Shown in pieces: positions 10,134-20,068 of a stretch of DNA of 64,000 nucleotides. The DNA comes from an uncultured Candidatus Saccharibacteria bacterium (GTDB lineage Bacteria; Patescibacteriota; Minisyncoccia; UBA6257; HR35). The number at the start of each line of letters is the position of its first letter. The first letter of the stretch is position 1. The stretch lies in NCBI GenBank assembly GCA_964655375.1, contig CAZZNB010000045.1, positions 2,015 through 66,014 of the forward strand. The letters run 5' to 3'. The notes under the pieces are model-generated. The model searched no databases. It was not told the DNA's origin and saw only the letters and a program-made list of their open reading frames with translations. A program made the position numbers and the translations under genes.

Positions 10134-11162
10134 AACAGGATTTATAATATCAAAATCTCCATCTAAATCATAATAATCTAATTTTAATTTCTGAGGATCA
10201 AAAATAATTAGTTTATCTGAAAATGTTTTTTTGTAATAATACCATTCATCTATTTTAGAAAAATCTTGGTCTTTTGGTACTCCGCAAATTAAAAGTTCTT
10301 TAAATGTGCATTTTTCTTTTAAAGTACCGAAATTAAATTCAATAATTTTATTACCATTTTTATCGATAATAAAACTTTTCCAGCTATTTTCTACATAACT
10401 AACAAAAATTAAATTATTTTTATTAGTTAAAGCACTTAATAACATTTTGGGTTCTAAAATTTGGATTTTTTCTTTCATATTTTTTATTAAATACAAAGGT
10501 GAAGCTTGAGTTGTTTTAAGATTTTCATAAAAAATAAAATCATTAGACAAATAATCAAAATCAGGGTTGAAAATATAAATATCTACAATTTTTTTAGGTT
10601 TTTCAGAGTATTTAGCTAAATAATTACCATCTACTGAAGTTATAAATAAATAAAGTTCATCATTAACCCAAAATCCACTTTTTACATTTATCGGTAGTTT
10701 TATCAACTTATCTCTAATTGTATCAAGTAACCAAAAATTATCATCTTTAAATAAAACTAACAAATTACTTTTAGAAAAACTTAAATTCTTAATATTATCT
10801 CTTTTAAATATTTCTTTATAGGTTTTATCCTCTATATTATAAGTTTTTATAACTTTATTTTTTGGATCATAACCATAAATGTAAGGATAATCAATTTTAG
10901 GATAAAGAAGAATAGCGTCAATTAATAAAGATACTGATTTTAGATTAGCTTTTGAGGTAGTAGAAGTTTCCGGCATTTCATTTGTGTCCTTTGGTGGAAT
11001 TTCTTCAGCAAGAAATTCAATTGGTGAAGTAACCCTTTCTTCTCTTTTTAGTTCTTCTATTTTAGGTTTTTTGGGAAATAATTCTTTATATAATAAAATT
11101 CCAAACCCTACAAGAATAATTAAGCCTATAACCAAAAATAAAATTTTAAAAACCCTACTCAT
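10065..11162 (-). CDS. Membrane-anchored secreted protein, last gene of the T4SS-like operon (possible VirB8/TcpC-like)
   Basis: 365 aa with one N-terminal TM segment. 4-nt overlap with the upstream gene. Its 3' end converges on yidC. No motif recognized. Confidence 0.3.
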   Translation of the reverse strand: MSRVFKILFLVIGLIILVGFGILLYKELFPKKPKIEELKREERVTSPIEFLAEEIPPKDTNEMPETSTTSKANLKSVSLLIDAILLYPKIDYPYIYGYDPKNKVIKTYNIEDKTYKEIFKRDNIKNLSFSKSNLLVLFKDDNFWLLDTIRDKLIKLPINVKSGFWVNDELYLFITSVDGNYLAKYSEKPKKIVDIYIFNPDFDYLSNDFIFYENLKTTQASPLYLIKNMKEKIQILEPKMLLSALTNKNNLIFVSYVENSWKSFIIDKNGNKIIEFNFGTLKEKCTFKELLICGVPKDQDFSKIDEWYYYKKTFSDKLIIFDPQKLKLDYYDLDGDFDIINPVLTSIGVIFFNRNDARLYVIPIK

Positions 11163-11833
11163 TTTTTAAATCTCAAATAAATAATTATTCCAAAAATTAA
11201 TAAAATTACAAAAATTACTGCAGTGATTAATAAAATATGATAAAAAGTTTTTTCTGGAGCCATAGTAGTTGGTGTTATTGTCTCTAGTTCTTTAATTTCT
11301 TTTTGTGGTATTATTTTTTCTTCAAATTTTTTATAAGGAATAGAAATTTCTTTTTCAAAAACAGTTAAAGGATAATTGGGATTATTTGCTGAAGGGCAAT
11401 CAAATGGGCATAAAATTTCCTCTCCAGGATCACATATGTTATTTTCATTACACATATTAAACTCAGAAATATCTATTTCCCCTAAAACATTGTCATTTCT
11501 ATCTTTAAATATTAAATACTCGCTGTTAACTAAATATGGAATGTAAAGTTCATTTACTCCTATTTTCAAATCTATAGGAGAACTCCAGATATAGCCATTT
11601 CGATTAAAATACTCTATTTTAAAATTCCCTCCTATAGTCAAAACAGGAGAAACATCTATTAAATCTAAATTTAAGCTTTCTTTGTCATTTAATTTAACTG
11701 TTTTCCCATCAAAAATAACATTTAAATACAATACATCATAATATTCTTTACCTTCGGCATTTAAATAGCCACTTATCACTAAGATAAAAAGAAATATTAA
11801 AATTTTGAATTTTTTAACTGACCCCGCTTTCAT
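11159..11833 (-). CDS. Secreted Cys-rich protein with C-terminal membrane anchor (T4SS-like operon)
   Basis: Signal peptide, a CNENNICDPGEEILCPFDCP cysteine cluster, and a C-terminal TM segment followed by a RFKK tail. Confidence 0.3.
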   Translation of the reverse strand: MKAGSVKKFKILIFLFILVISGYLNAEGKEYYDVLYLNVIFDGKTVKLNDKESLNLDLIDVSPVLTIGGNFKIEYFNRNGYIWSSPIDLKIGVNELYIPYLVNSEYLIFKDRNDNVLGEIDISEFNMCNENNICDPGEEILCPFDCPSANNPNYPLTVFEKEISIPYKKFEEKIIPQKEIKELETITPTTMAPEKTFYHILLITAVIFVILLIFGIIIYLRFKK

Positions 11834-12836
11834 CCTTAATTGTTTTAATAATATTTGCTACAGCCGAATGTTGTCCTACTGGTACACCTGTTTTATAATA
11901 TAATAAAACAGAAATTAAATTATCCGAATACTGATAAAAGCCTGCTTTGTCTAATCTACGTTTATAGTTATGAAGTCTTTTAATTACTATTGCAGTAATT
12001 AAATATGGATTATCTAATTTACCTCCTACACCAATTTGTTTTGTATTAAAATCGTTAGGCGATAAGTTTATTTTGTTTTTAATTGAGTTAGGTAATTGAT
12101 TATAAACATTTTTAGCCTCTTTTACTAATTCTTGGTATGCAGCATATCTAGTAGTTGTATTAGGAGATCTTGTTCCAGTACCTGCTCTTCCCCATTCTAT
12201 CCCAAAAGCAGCAAATGAATATTCACCCCTCCCCCAATTTATAGGATTACACCTATGACCACCAGATTCGGTTATTAATAATGATTTAAGTAATATTTTT
12301 ATCTCTTTCTGGGATAAGCTAACCTCTGATTCAACAGCAGGAGGCTTAATTTTATACTGCGTTAAAGGAAATATAGAAACCCCAACTCCTGCATTTACTA
12401 GTTCATCAATTGCATCAAAAAACTCTTTACAACGAGCATAATTTGTAAAAGAATTTAAATTTAAATTCCTAGCCTGTCCTGTTTTTAATAAATTATTCAC
12501 AGCTTGAGTGCCTTCAATTATTATTTGTTGTACCTCTAATTCTATTATTTTATACATGATTAATCTTGCAGAAAAAATATAAGGATTGATCCAATAAAGA
12601 ATAACTCCAACAATAAAAATAATTGCAAGACCTATCATGGCATTTTTCATTCTATTTTTGCCTTGCATTTTTACATCAGGTATTGTAGATAAAAGATTTT
12701 CAAAAGCACCAAATAAAAATACAAAAAATGCAACTACTACGGCTAAAGCAACTAGCAGATTATAAATTCCTTGTAAACATGCTTGAATAGTAGAATCTGG
12801 ACCACAATATTGTATTATAAATTCAGTAATGTTCAT
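11814..12836 (-). CDS. Membrane-anchored putative cell-wall hydrolase (VirB1/PrgK-like) with pilin-like N-terminus
   Basis: Two N-terminal hydrophobic helices. A soluble domain with LLITESGGHRCNPINWGRGEYSFAAFGIEWG (an ES catalytic-like motif) suggests a lysozyme/transglycosylase-like fold. Confidence 0.35.
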   Translation of the reverse strand: MNITEFIIQYCGPDSTIQACLQGIYNLLVALAVVVAFFVFLFGAFENLLSTIPDVKMQGKNRMKNAMIGLAIIFIVGVILYWINPYIFSARLIMYKIIELEVQQIIIEGTQAVNNLLKTGQARNLNLNSFTNYARCKEFFDAIDELVNAGVGVSIFPLTQYKIKPPAVESEVSLSQKEIKILLKSLLITESGGHRCNPINWGRGEYSFAAFGIEWGRAGTGTRSPNTTTRYAAYQELVKEAKNVYNQLPNSIKNKINLSPNDFNTKQIGVGGKLDNPYLITAIVIKRLHNYKRRLDKAGFYQYSDNLISVLLYYKTGVPVGQHSAVANIIKTIKDESGVS

Positions 12837-13441
12837 TGCCGTTTAAAAATAATTCTATCTATAGCAAATTCATTTGAATCTAAATTATTCACATATAATA
12901 TAATCTCTGTTTCTTCATAGATATCAGAAGGATCGATCATAACACTAGAATATACTTTTTCACCAACTTTCCAGTTATAAGATAAATTATTAGAAGAAAA
13001 ATTAAATGTTAAAGGAAAAAGCAACTCCCCAGAATTATACTCTTTAAATGGTAAAATAATATTTAAGTCTTTTATATATCTAACAATACTTACAATTGGT
13101 TTAGGTTTCAAATTAAAACTAAAAGAATATTCTTTAAAGAAACTGTTATCATTTGGATAAACTTTGACTTTTCCTGAAAAATTTGGATTTTTAGGTGTAA
13201 AATATAATGTAGGTTTATAAGTTTTGAATTCCTCAAATGTATCTAAATAATTTATAGTCCATTCATAAATTAAATCTTCTAAATCATATTTTTTATTATT
13301 TGCATAGATATACCCCTCAATTCCAATGAAACAAATATCATTTCTTTTTTCAAAAGAAAAATAAGTATAATCTTTTTCTGCAATAACAAAATTAGAAAAT
13401 AAAATTAATGCCAAAATTATAATAAAAATTACCCTGCGCAT
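12833..13441 (-). CDS. Secreted hypothetical protein (T4SS-like operon)
   Basis: 202 aa with an N-terminal signal peptide. 4-nt overlaps with both neighbours. Confidence 0.3.
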   Translation of the reverse strand: MRRVIFIIILALILFSNFVIAEKDYTYFSFEKRNDICFIGIEGYIYANNKKYDLEDLIYEWTINYLDTFEEFKTYKPTLYFTPKNPNFSGKVKVYPNDNSFFKEYSFSFNLKPKPIVSIVRYIKDLNIILPFKEYNSGELLFPLTFNFSSNNLSYNWKVGEKVYSSVMIDPSDIYEETEIILYVNNLDSNEFAIDRIIFKRQ

Positions 13442-13458
13442 ATTAAAATTATAAAATA

Positions 13459-13965
13459 TTATTCTTCTTCTTTTTCTTCTTTCTCTCCTTTAATTCTTTT
13501 TTTAACTTGCATCAATCTTTTTATCCTCCATCTCGAAATTACCCTCCCTAAGGTTTTTGAAGGGAAAATGTCTGTTAATTGAGCTAATGGTACAAAAGTT
13601 ATTATTAATTCATAAAATACTATAATAATATATATTAAACCTTCTACCCTTCCTATAACATTATTTCTGATATAATGCCATATTAAATAGGTAAATATAA
13701 AGGCTCCAGGGATTTCGAAAATTAAAGAAATATAAGGAAGAATAAATAAAATTCCCGCTGTTCCAGTTGCAATTAAATCAAAAACTATCTCTAAAATATC
13801 CGCAATAATTAAAAAAAAGCCTGCGATCAACCACAAAAAATTTATACCTAAACTATCTTCTGCTTCCTCAAATTCTCCCCTTTCTCTTTTTTCTATCTCT
13901 TTTTTATATTCCTCCTCAATCCTTTTTTTAGTATATTCTAGTAGTTTTTCTGTTTTTATTTTCAT
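13459..13965 (-). CDS. Small 2-TM membrane protein with charged termini (T4SS-like operon)
   Basis: 168 aa. A central pair of hydrophobic helices is flanked by K/E-rich termini. Confidence 0.3.
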   Translation of the reverse strand: MKIKTEKLLEYTKKRIEEEYKKEIEKRERGEFEEAEDSLGINFLWLIAGFFLIIADILEIVFDLIATGTAGILFILPYISLIFEIPGAFIFTYLIWHYIRNNVIGRVEGLIYIIIVFYELIITFVPLAQLTDIFPSKTLGRVISRWRIKRLMQVKKRIKGEKEEKEEE

Positions 13966-15761
13966 TCTCTAATTTTAGATGCCTCTTTTATAGCAGATAA
14001 TTGTTCTAAGCTTGCCTTTATTATTTGGTCTTCAGCATAAGAAGCTAACACATATAATGGAATTCTTTTTAAACCTGCAATTAAAATTCCTCTTCCTCTT
14101 TCTGCTTGAACTAAAAACCTTTTTTCTCCTTCAGATAATGCAAAAACTTGTCCAACTAAATCTATTGTAGCAGGTGATTGTTTCATTAAAAATACTAATG
14201 CAGAGTTTGTAATAATAGGTTTTCCATAAGGTGAGTTCAAAAAATCTTCAGCATCTTGTGTAATTGTTGTAATACCTAAAAGATATTTTCTTCCTCTTTT
14301 AATTGCATTAAGCAAAAAATTAGCTCCAGACTCATTTTTCATTATCCACCAGGCTTCATCAATTATTACAATTCTCCTTTTTCTTATTCTCCTTACTTTA
14401 TTCATTAAATCATTTAAAACCATATACATTCCAATAGGTCTTAATTCCTCAACTAAATCTCTAAATCCAAAAACAACAATTCTTTTATTAACATCTACAT
14501 TTGTTGGTTGATTAATAAAGCCACTAAAATTACCTTGAGTGAATGGATATAATTTTTCAGCAATCTCTTTCCCTCCCTCAATACTTAACAATACTTTTTC
14601 AAAATCATTTAAAGTAGGGAAAATTTCTATTTTAGAAAAATCAGAACTTGGCAAAATATTAAAAGAAGCATAGGTTTGATGAATAGCTCTATCCACAATA
14701 GTAAGTTCTTCTGCATTAAATTTTTCTCCTATTATAACTTCTAATAACCCTATAATATCACTAACTTTTTCTTTATAAACGTCTTCAGGACTTTCTCCTT
14801 CTAAAACAGGCGGTAAATCAAAAGGATTTATGTGATATTCTGATCTTAAAGAAATAGGAATAAAAGAACCTCCATAAATTTCAGCTATAGATTGATATTC
14901 ATTTTCTGGGTCAAGAATAATAACATCTTGCCCTAACATTAAATTTCTCATAACTTCTATTTTTGTAGTATAGCTCTTCCCTGCTCCTGATCTTGCAATT
15001 ATAACCATATGAGCATTTTCAAAAGCAAATCTATCTAAAAGCACCAAGGAATTGTCTTGTAAATTAATTCCTATTAACACACCTTTATCCATAGAAAGCT
15101 CTGAAGAAATAAAAGGGAAAAAAGAACTTGCTGCAGAAGAATTCATAGAGTAATTTACGTTTAAATAATCTTTACAAAGAGGTAAATTAGATAAAAAAGC
15201 ATTTTCTTGCTCTAAAATTACTGGCTTAGCAATTATCAGGCTGCTTTCTAAAAGTTTTATAATCTTATGCTCTCTTACTAATAAATCATCTTTATTTTCT
15301 CCAAAAATGGTTAAATATAAACCGATATTTAAAATTTTTTCTGTTCCTTGAATAATTGCATTCTTCAATTCTTCTATATCTTTGTAAGCAGTTTCTAATC
15401 TTGGATCTCTTGGGAGGCCTTTTTCTTCAATCTCTCTTAACTGGCTTTCTATTCTTAAAGATTGTTTATTTAATTGTTTTAAAAACACTCCAGGATCTCT
15501 TGGTATAAAAAATATTGAAAGATTGAAAGGTTCAGGTAAAGATAAAATATTTTCTAACCAACCAGCAAATAAAAACCTTGGGTAAGTGATAACTATTATA
15601 TTTTTTCCATATATTTCTCCTATTTGAAAATCAGAAATATTAAAAATAGCAGCAGGAGGAGCAATGATGTTTTTTATTTGTTCAAATCCCTTCTTCTCCT
15701 CAATTACTGGTATTCCTATTTTACTGTTTTGTTTTTTTAAAAAAGGAAATTTTATTTTCAT
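13962..15761 (-). CDS. VirB4/TrbE/CagE-family T4SS ATPase, ATPase-domain portion
   Basis: 599 aa. Walker A IIARSGAGKSYTTK, Walker B RRIVIIDEAWWIM (the DEAW signature) and a C-terminal ITQ...GEKRFL...GRGILIAG region are typical of VirB4 C-terminal domains. Confidence 0.65.
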   Translation of the reverse strand: MKIKFPFLKKQNSKIGIPVIEEKKGFEQIKNIIAPPAAIFNISDFQIGEIYGKNIIVITYPRFLFAGWLENILSLPEPFNLSIFFIPRDPGVFLKQLNKQSLRIESQLREIEEKGLPRDPRLETAYKDIEELKNAIIQGTEKILNIGLYLTIFGENKDDLLVREHKIIKLLESSLIIAKPVILEQENAFLSNLPLCKDYLNVNYSMNSSAASSFFPFISSELSMDKGVLIGINLQDNSLVLLDRFAFENAHMVIIARSGAGKSYTTKIEVMRNLMLGQDVIILDPENEYQSIAEIYGGSFIPISLRSEYHINPFDLPPVLEGESPEDVYKEKVSDIIGLLEVIIGEKFNAEELTIVDRAIHQTYASFNILPSSDFSKIEIFPTLNDFEKVLLSIEGGKEIAEKLYPFTQGNFSGFINQPTNVDVNKRIVVFGFRDLVEELRPIGMYMVLNDLMNKVRRIRKRRIVIIDEAWWIMKNESGANFLLNAIKRGRKYLLGITTITQDAEDFLNSPYGKPIITNSALVFLMKQSPATIDLVGQVFALSEGEKRFLVQAERGRGILIAGLKRIPLYVLASYAEDQIIKASLEQLSAIKEASKIRE

Positions 15762-16387
15762 TCTTCAATTGCTTGCATTAATTCTTCAAATAATTTTATT
15801 GGTGCCATACCCCATCTAGGATTAGGATTATAAAGCTCATAAAAAAGCTGTATTAATTCTGGTGTTTTCAATCTTATTGGTTGCAGGCCTATAGCAGATA
15901 ATTTTTCTGTTATGTATATTACTCTTGTTTCTAATTGTTCTAATTGTTGATAAAATTCCTCCTCCTTTTTATATTCTTTTTTAAAAACCCCACCAACTTT
16001 AATTACCTCTGTTTCATAAGGAACAACAAAATAAAATAATTTTTTCATGATTCTATGGGTTTCTATATAATCTTGAATAAATTTTATATATTCTTCTAAC
16101 TGAATTTTAATTAATGGTTCTGTTTCTTGTTCTAATCTTTCTTTTAAATAATTTACATATCCTTCAATATAAGCTAATCTAGAGACTACAAAAATTTGAA
16201 CATTAAAATCTAATCCATCTAATAATTCTTTAAATAATCCTACAACAGCTTCTTTTTCTTGCTCAGAAAGCAAAGAAAAGTTAATTCCAGGAACAGCCAA
16301 AATTGCTCTTAATTCTCCATCTTCTGTTATAACCACATCATCTCTAATGTCTTTTATTTTTATTAAATGAGATGTACTTTTTACCAT
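15758..16387 (-). CDS. VirB4 N-terminal domain-like protein, apparently split from the downstream ATPase ORF
   Basis: 209 aa. LIKIKDIRDDVVITEDGELRAILAVPGINFSLLSEQEKEAV resembles the N-terminus of Gram-positive VirB4 homologues (TcpF/PrgJ type). It ends in an ATGA overlap with the ATPase ORF. Combined length of about 808 aa equals a full VirB4. Confidence 0.4.
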   Translation of the reverse strand: MVKSTSHLIKIKDIRDDVVITEDGELRAILAVPGINFSLLSEQEKEAVVGLFKELLDGLDFNVQIFVVSRLAYIEGYVNYLKERLEQETEPLIKIQLEEYIKFIQDYIETHRIMKKLFYFVVPYETEVIKVGGVFKKEYKKEEEFYQQLEQLETRVIYITEKLSAIGLQPIRLKTPELIQLFYELYNPNPRWGMAPIKLFEELMQAIEE

Positions 16388-16905
16388 CTTCTTTTAGGGA
16401 ATTTTGGTATCGGGAAATTAATATAAGGATCATATGGGTTATAACCATGTTTATGTGCAGAATTTATGTATTCAGAAAGAGGATTTTCAATGACTACTTC
16501 TTTTTCAGGTTTTTTGAGTTCTTCAATTCTTTCAATTTTCTTTTCAGGAATTTCTTCTTCTAATAATTCTACATATTTTTCAATTGTTGGCACATTTACA
16601 TACTTAGTTACAATTTTAACCTCTTCTCTCCAAATATACTTTTTTGAAGAAAACAATACTTTAACCAATTCTGGTAAATATAAGATTACTGATTTATTAT
16701 TAATTTTCCCCCAACCTATTAAAACTGCTAAGAGGAATGCTAAGATAGTTACTATTAAAGCGAATAAAGTAGGTAACAATTTAAAAGATCCATATGAAAT
16801 TAAAAAAGCAAAGAAAACTAAGAACAATTGAGCATAAGTGAAAGAAATAGTCCCAAGATATATTTTATCTTCTATGTTTATATACTGTGGTACGCTAAAT
16901 CTCAT
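16381..16905 (-). CDS. VirB3/PrgI-like 2-TM protein
   Basis: 174 aa with two adjacent hydrophobic helices. Located immediately upstream of the VirB4-like genes, the conserved VirB3-VirB4 order. Confidence 0.35.
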   Translation of the reverse strand: MRFSVPQYINIEDKIYLGTISFTYAQLFLVFFAFLISYGSFKLLPTLFALIVTILAFLLAVLIGWGKINNKSVILYLPELVKVLFSSKKYIWREEVKIVTKYVNVPTIEKYVELLEEEIPEKKIERIEELKKPEKEVVIENPLSEYINSAHKHGYNPYDPYINFPIPKFPKRRW

Positions 16906-16913
16906 TAAAATAA

Positions 16914-17573
16914 TTATAAATCAGAAAGGTCTATAACTCCTTCTTCTTTTTGTTTTTTCTCCTCCTGCTTTTTTATAATAACAATCCCAGGTTGTTTTTC
17001 TTCTTTAGGTTTCGGTGGTTGCCATGAAATAGTCTGATTTATATCTACTACTTTTTTAGGTATTTCCGTTTTAATAGGTTGAATGTCAGAAAGGTCTATT
17101 GCTGACTCCTTTTTTTCTTCTATTTTTCTAATCTCTTCTGATTTTGGAGGAATAACTTTTTGCAAATTCAATAATTTTGTAGGACTTGGTTTTTCTTTTA
17201 TTTTTTGTATTATATCAACTAATTCACTTGGTACTGATTTTATAACCTTTTCCTCTTTTTCTTCTCTTTTTTGAACTGTTTGCCAGACAGAATTAACTAA
17301 AGGGAAAAATTTATTTTTAATATGAAAAGCTAAACTACCTGCATCTTCATCATTTAATCCTAATCTTTGTTTTATTATTTCTTTTAAATCCATATTTTCA
17401 TCAATTAACTTAACTACTATATCTTGTAAAAGATATATAAATTCTATTTCTTTTTCCCCTTTCAGCTCAAATTTTTTTATGTACTCATCTAAAAATGAAT
17501 AAAAATCATCAGAATACAAAAATGATTGTACTTCTAATGGAGCAGAAGAATATGCGTCTAAAAAAGAAGCCAT
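16914..17573 (-). CDS. Acidic hypothetical protein (T4SS-like operon)
   Basis: 219 aa, E/K-rich, no TM segment. Confidence 0.3.
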   Translation of the reverse strand: MASFLDAYSSAPLEVQSFLYSDDFYSFLDEYIKKFELKGEKEIEFIYLLQDIVVKLIDENMDLKEIIKQRLGLNDEDAGSLAFHIKNKFFPLVNSVWQTVQKREEKEEKVIKSVPSELVDIIQKIKEKPSPTKLLNLQKVIPPKSEEIRKIEEKKESAIDLSDIQPIKTEIPKKVVDINQTISWQPPKPKEEKQPGIVIIKKQEEKKQKEEGVIDLSDL

Positions 17574-17587
17574 TATTTAATTATAAA

Positions 17588-20068
17588 CTAAGAAGAGGGA
17601 GGAGTGCCAGATTGAGGAGTTTGGGGTGGAGAAGTAGCCAATAAGTCTATCAATCTTCTTCCCCATTCCGCTTCTCTTCCTACAGGAGGTGGAGTCTTTA
17701 ATGCTCCACGGAGCTTAGTAAGAAGAATAATAATATTTGATTTTTGATCTTCATCGAGTGAAATTTGAGAAGGCGGTGTGATATGAGTAGGTATTCCTAA
17801 GTATTGCAAAAAATTATCAGGATCTTGTGCCCATTCTTGTAGCCTTCCTATATTATCTTTAATCGATTTTTTAATCTCATCTGGAGTTTTGCTCAAGATT
17901 CTAGCAATTTCTTGAATATTGTCTTGTATTGGATCTTGTGGATCTTCTAATACATAATCTCCGTAAGTGCCTATATATCCTTGAATATATACTAAATTTT
18001 CTTGAAGTATTTTTCGATTTTCTTCGCTAAGAGTAGGCTGTAATTGTTGGCCAATTCTTTGGTTTATAGCATTTATTAATTGGTCTGGGTTTTGTAATAA
18101 CTCTTCTTCTAATTTACCTTCTAAAAATTTTTCATGTAGAACCCCCTCGATAGTTTTTTCAAGATCGGGTCTATTTAATACCTGAGCTATATCTTTTGCT
18201 CCATCTTTTACTACTGCTCTATAAGCAAGTGTCCCTTGTATTGAGCCGAGATTAGCATTTATAAAATCTTGTTCGTCGTGATCACGTAACCATCTTATGT
18301 TTTCTGGAGTCCAGAAATTTCTTTTATTTGGTATATATGTATACATATTTCTAATTAAGAGGGGATGTTGTTCTTCATCAATACCAGCCCTACTTAATAC
18401 TCTGCTTAAATGAGATAAATTTGCTGATCGCCAATCCATCCTACTTGCTATTTGATTTAAAGCCCTTATCTTTTCTTCTTGATCTCCTGTTACTAATCTA
18501 GTTAAATTACAATCAAATGTTCTTCCACAAAGATTTTTTAATACACCTGTTTTAGCAGCTTTTTGTAAATCTAAATTACCAGCAATTTGAATAATTTCAT
18601 CTGCTCCTTTTTCTCTTTCAGCTAATTTAGCTAATTCTTTTTGTAATGGGGCTGGATATCTTTGAATTATTCTTGCAATTTCTTCAGGGCTTTTATCTTT
18701 AATCTGTTCCCAAATTGCTCTAGCTTGTTCTTCAGCTTCTTTTTTCTTTGGCTTTCTTAATTCTGATCCTAAACCCTGTACCTTTGTTCCTAAGTTTCTA
18801 ATTAAATTAAACCTAGACATAGCTAAATACCCCCCAAGTGTTTCTAGCCCTGCCCCCAATTTATCTAAAGCTGGTTTACCTGTAAATTCTTTTCCAGCCC
18901 ATAATAAAGCTCCACCTGCAAGTCCCCATAATCCTAAACCTAATCTATAAGAATATTCTGCTGCTCTACTACCTAATCTTAAAGCGGCAAATAAAACAAA
19001 TAAGAAATATATAGCTATAAAAGCAAATTTTATTATTACACCTAATAACATCGCTGTTTCTTGAGTTATATTTTGTAAAAGACCACTAGCCTTTTGTTGT
19101 TGTATAAATAAATTAGCTAAAGTCTGTTCATTAAACTTCTCCTGGTTTATAGCAATTAAAGAAACGCCTATAATTATTAATATAATCAAAATTAGAATAT
19201 TGAAATTCCAAGTAAGAAACATTTGCCACCATTGACCCCATCTATTTCTATACCAAGGGGTAGTATAAGCTACACAAGCTAACGGTAATATGCCTACTAA
19301 AAAAGAAATTATTAAAAATCTTCCTATAGATATTCCTGCAAATATCCACATGATTAAAGAATAGACAACATTTAATAAAATACCTAATAATTGTATTGCT
19401 ATAACTAAAGCCACCCGCATATTATGTATAGCTCCAGGGCTTGTTTCTCCGCTTGCTTCTGCTAATCCAGGTATTAAAGCTTCAAAATTAGTTACCATTG
19501 CTTTTGGTGGTACAAGAGATAAAGAGGCATAAATTAAATCTCCCAATCTACTTATATCTTTATTTTCAGGATCATATAAACCCGCTGATTGTAATATACC
19601 CCTTTGCAGATACCAAACTGCCATAAAAAGTTCTTTGGCCAATATAAATGTGAAATTAATTAAAAATGCTATAATTAAAATTCCAAAAAGCATTCTTTTA
19701 GCTTCATCTTCTCTATTTAATATCCACTCAAAACCAGCTATTAAAGCTAAAAATACTATAACTACATAAGATATATTTTTGAAAAATTCCCATAAAATAG
19801 AAGCAGCTCCGAATTGACCAAATGGATCTAATATTATGAAGAAGTTAATAATAATAGCAGCAAATTGAGATAATAGATTAAAAAGTAATGAAGTTGCAGA
19901 AAGAGCAACTCCTGCTAGAAACTTAACTAGTTCTAAAATCCAACCTACTAATCCTCCTGTTCTTCTCCATAATTCAACAACTCCTATCCCAAGAAGCCCT
20001 AAAACTCCGCCAATAGCTATAGCAGCTAATAAGGTTATGCCTCTATTTTTGAAATATCCTTTTCTCAT
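17588..20068 (-). CDS. VirB6/TrbL/TcpH-like polytopic membrane protein with long C-terminal extension
   Basis: 826 aa with more than 8 hydrophobic segments over the first 420 aa, followed by a ~400-aa soluble domain. Located upstream of the VirB3/VirB4-like genes. Confidence 0.45.
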   Translation of the reverse strand: MRKGYFKNRGITLLAAIAIGGVLGLLGIGVVELWRRTGGLVGWILELVKFLAGVALSATSLLFNLLSQFAAIIINFFIILDPFGQFGAASILWEFFKNISYVVIVFLALIAGFEWILNREDEAKRMLFGILIIAFLINFTFILAKELFMAVWYLQRGILQSAGLYDPENKDISRLGDLIYASLSLVPPKAMVTNFEALIPGLAEASGETSPGAIHNMRVALVIAIQLLGILLNVVYSLIMWIFAGISIGRFLIISFLVGILPLACVAYTTPWYRNRWGQWWQMFLTWNFNILILIILIIIGVSLIAINQEKFNEQTLANLFIQQQKASGLLQNITQETAMLLGVIIKFAFIAIYFLFVLFAALRLGSRAAEYSYRLGLGLWGLAGGALLWAGKEFTGKPALDKLGAGLETLGGYLAMSRFNLIRNLGTKVQGLGSELRKPKKKEAEEQARAIWEQIKDKSPEEIARIIQRYPAPLQKELAKLAEREKGADEIIQIAGNLDLQKAAKTGVLKNLCGRTFDCNLTRLVTGDQEEKIRALNQIASRMDWRSANLSHLSRVLSRAGIDEEQHPLLIRNMYTYIPNKRNFWTPENIRWLRDHDEQDFINANLGSIQGTLAYRAVVKDGAKDIAQVLNRPDLEKTIEGVLHEKFLEGKLEEELLQNPDQLINAINQRIGQQLQPTLSEENRKILQENLVYIQGYIGTYGDYVLEDPQDPIQDNIQEIARILSKTPDEIKKSIKDNIGRLQEWAQDPDNFLQYLGIPTHITPPSQISLDEDQKSNIIILLTKLRGALKTPPPVGREAEWGRRLIDLLATSPPQTPQSGTPPSS

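Noticed and set aside
10984-11169. Assorted short plus- or minus-strand ORFs nested antisense in larger genes (10984-11169, 16372-16563, 16466-16831, 17083-17274, 27139-27423, 28477-28689, 31682-31897, 39143-39394, 41948-42205, 41966-42193, 44353-44568, 46183-46416, 48658-48840, 48867-49106, 50012-50218, 51250-51504, 51996-52196, 52475-52810, 59817-60107, 60383-60595)
   Set aside because: All lie fully within and antisense to longer ORFs with recognizable products or coherent operon signals. Their translations are low-complexity.
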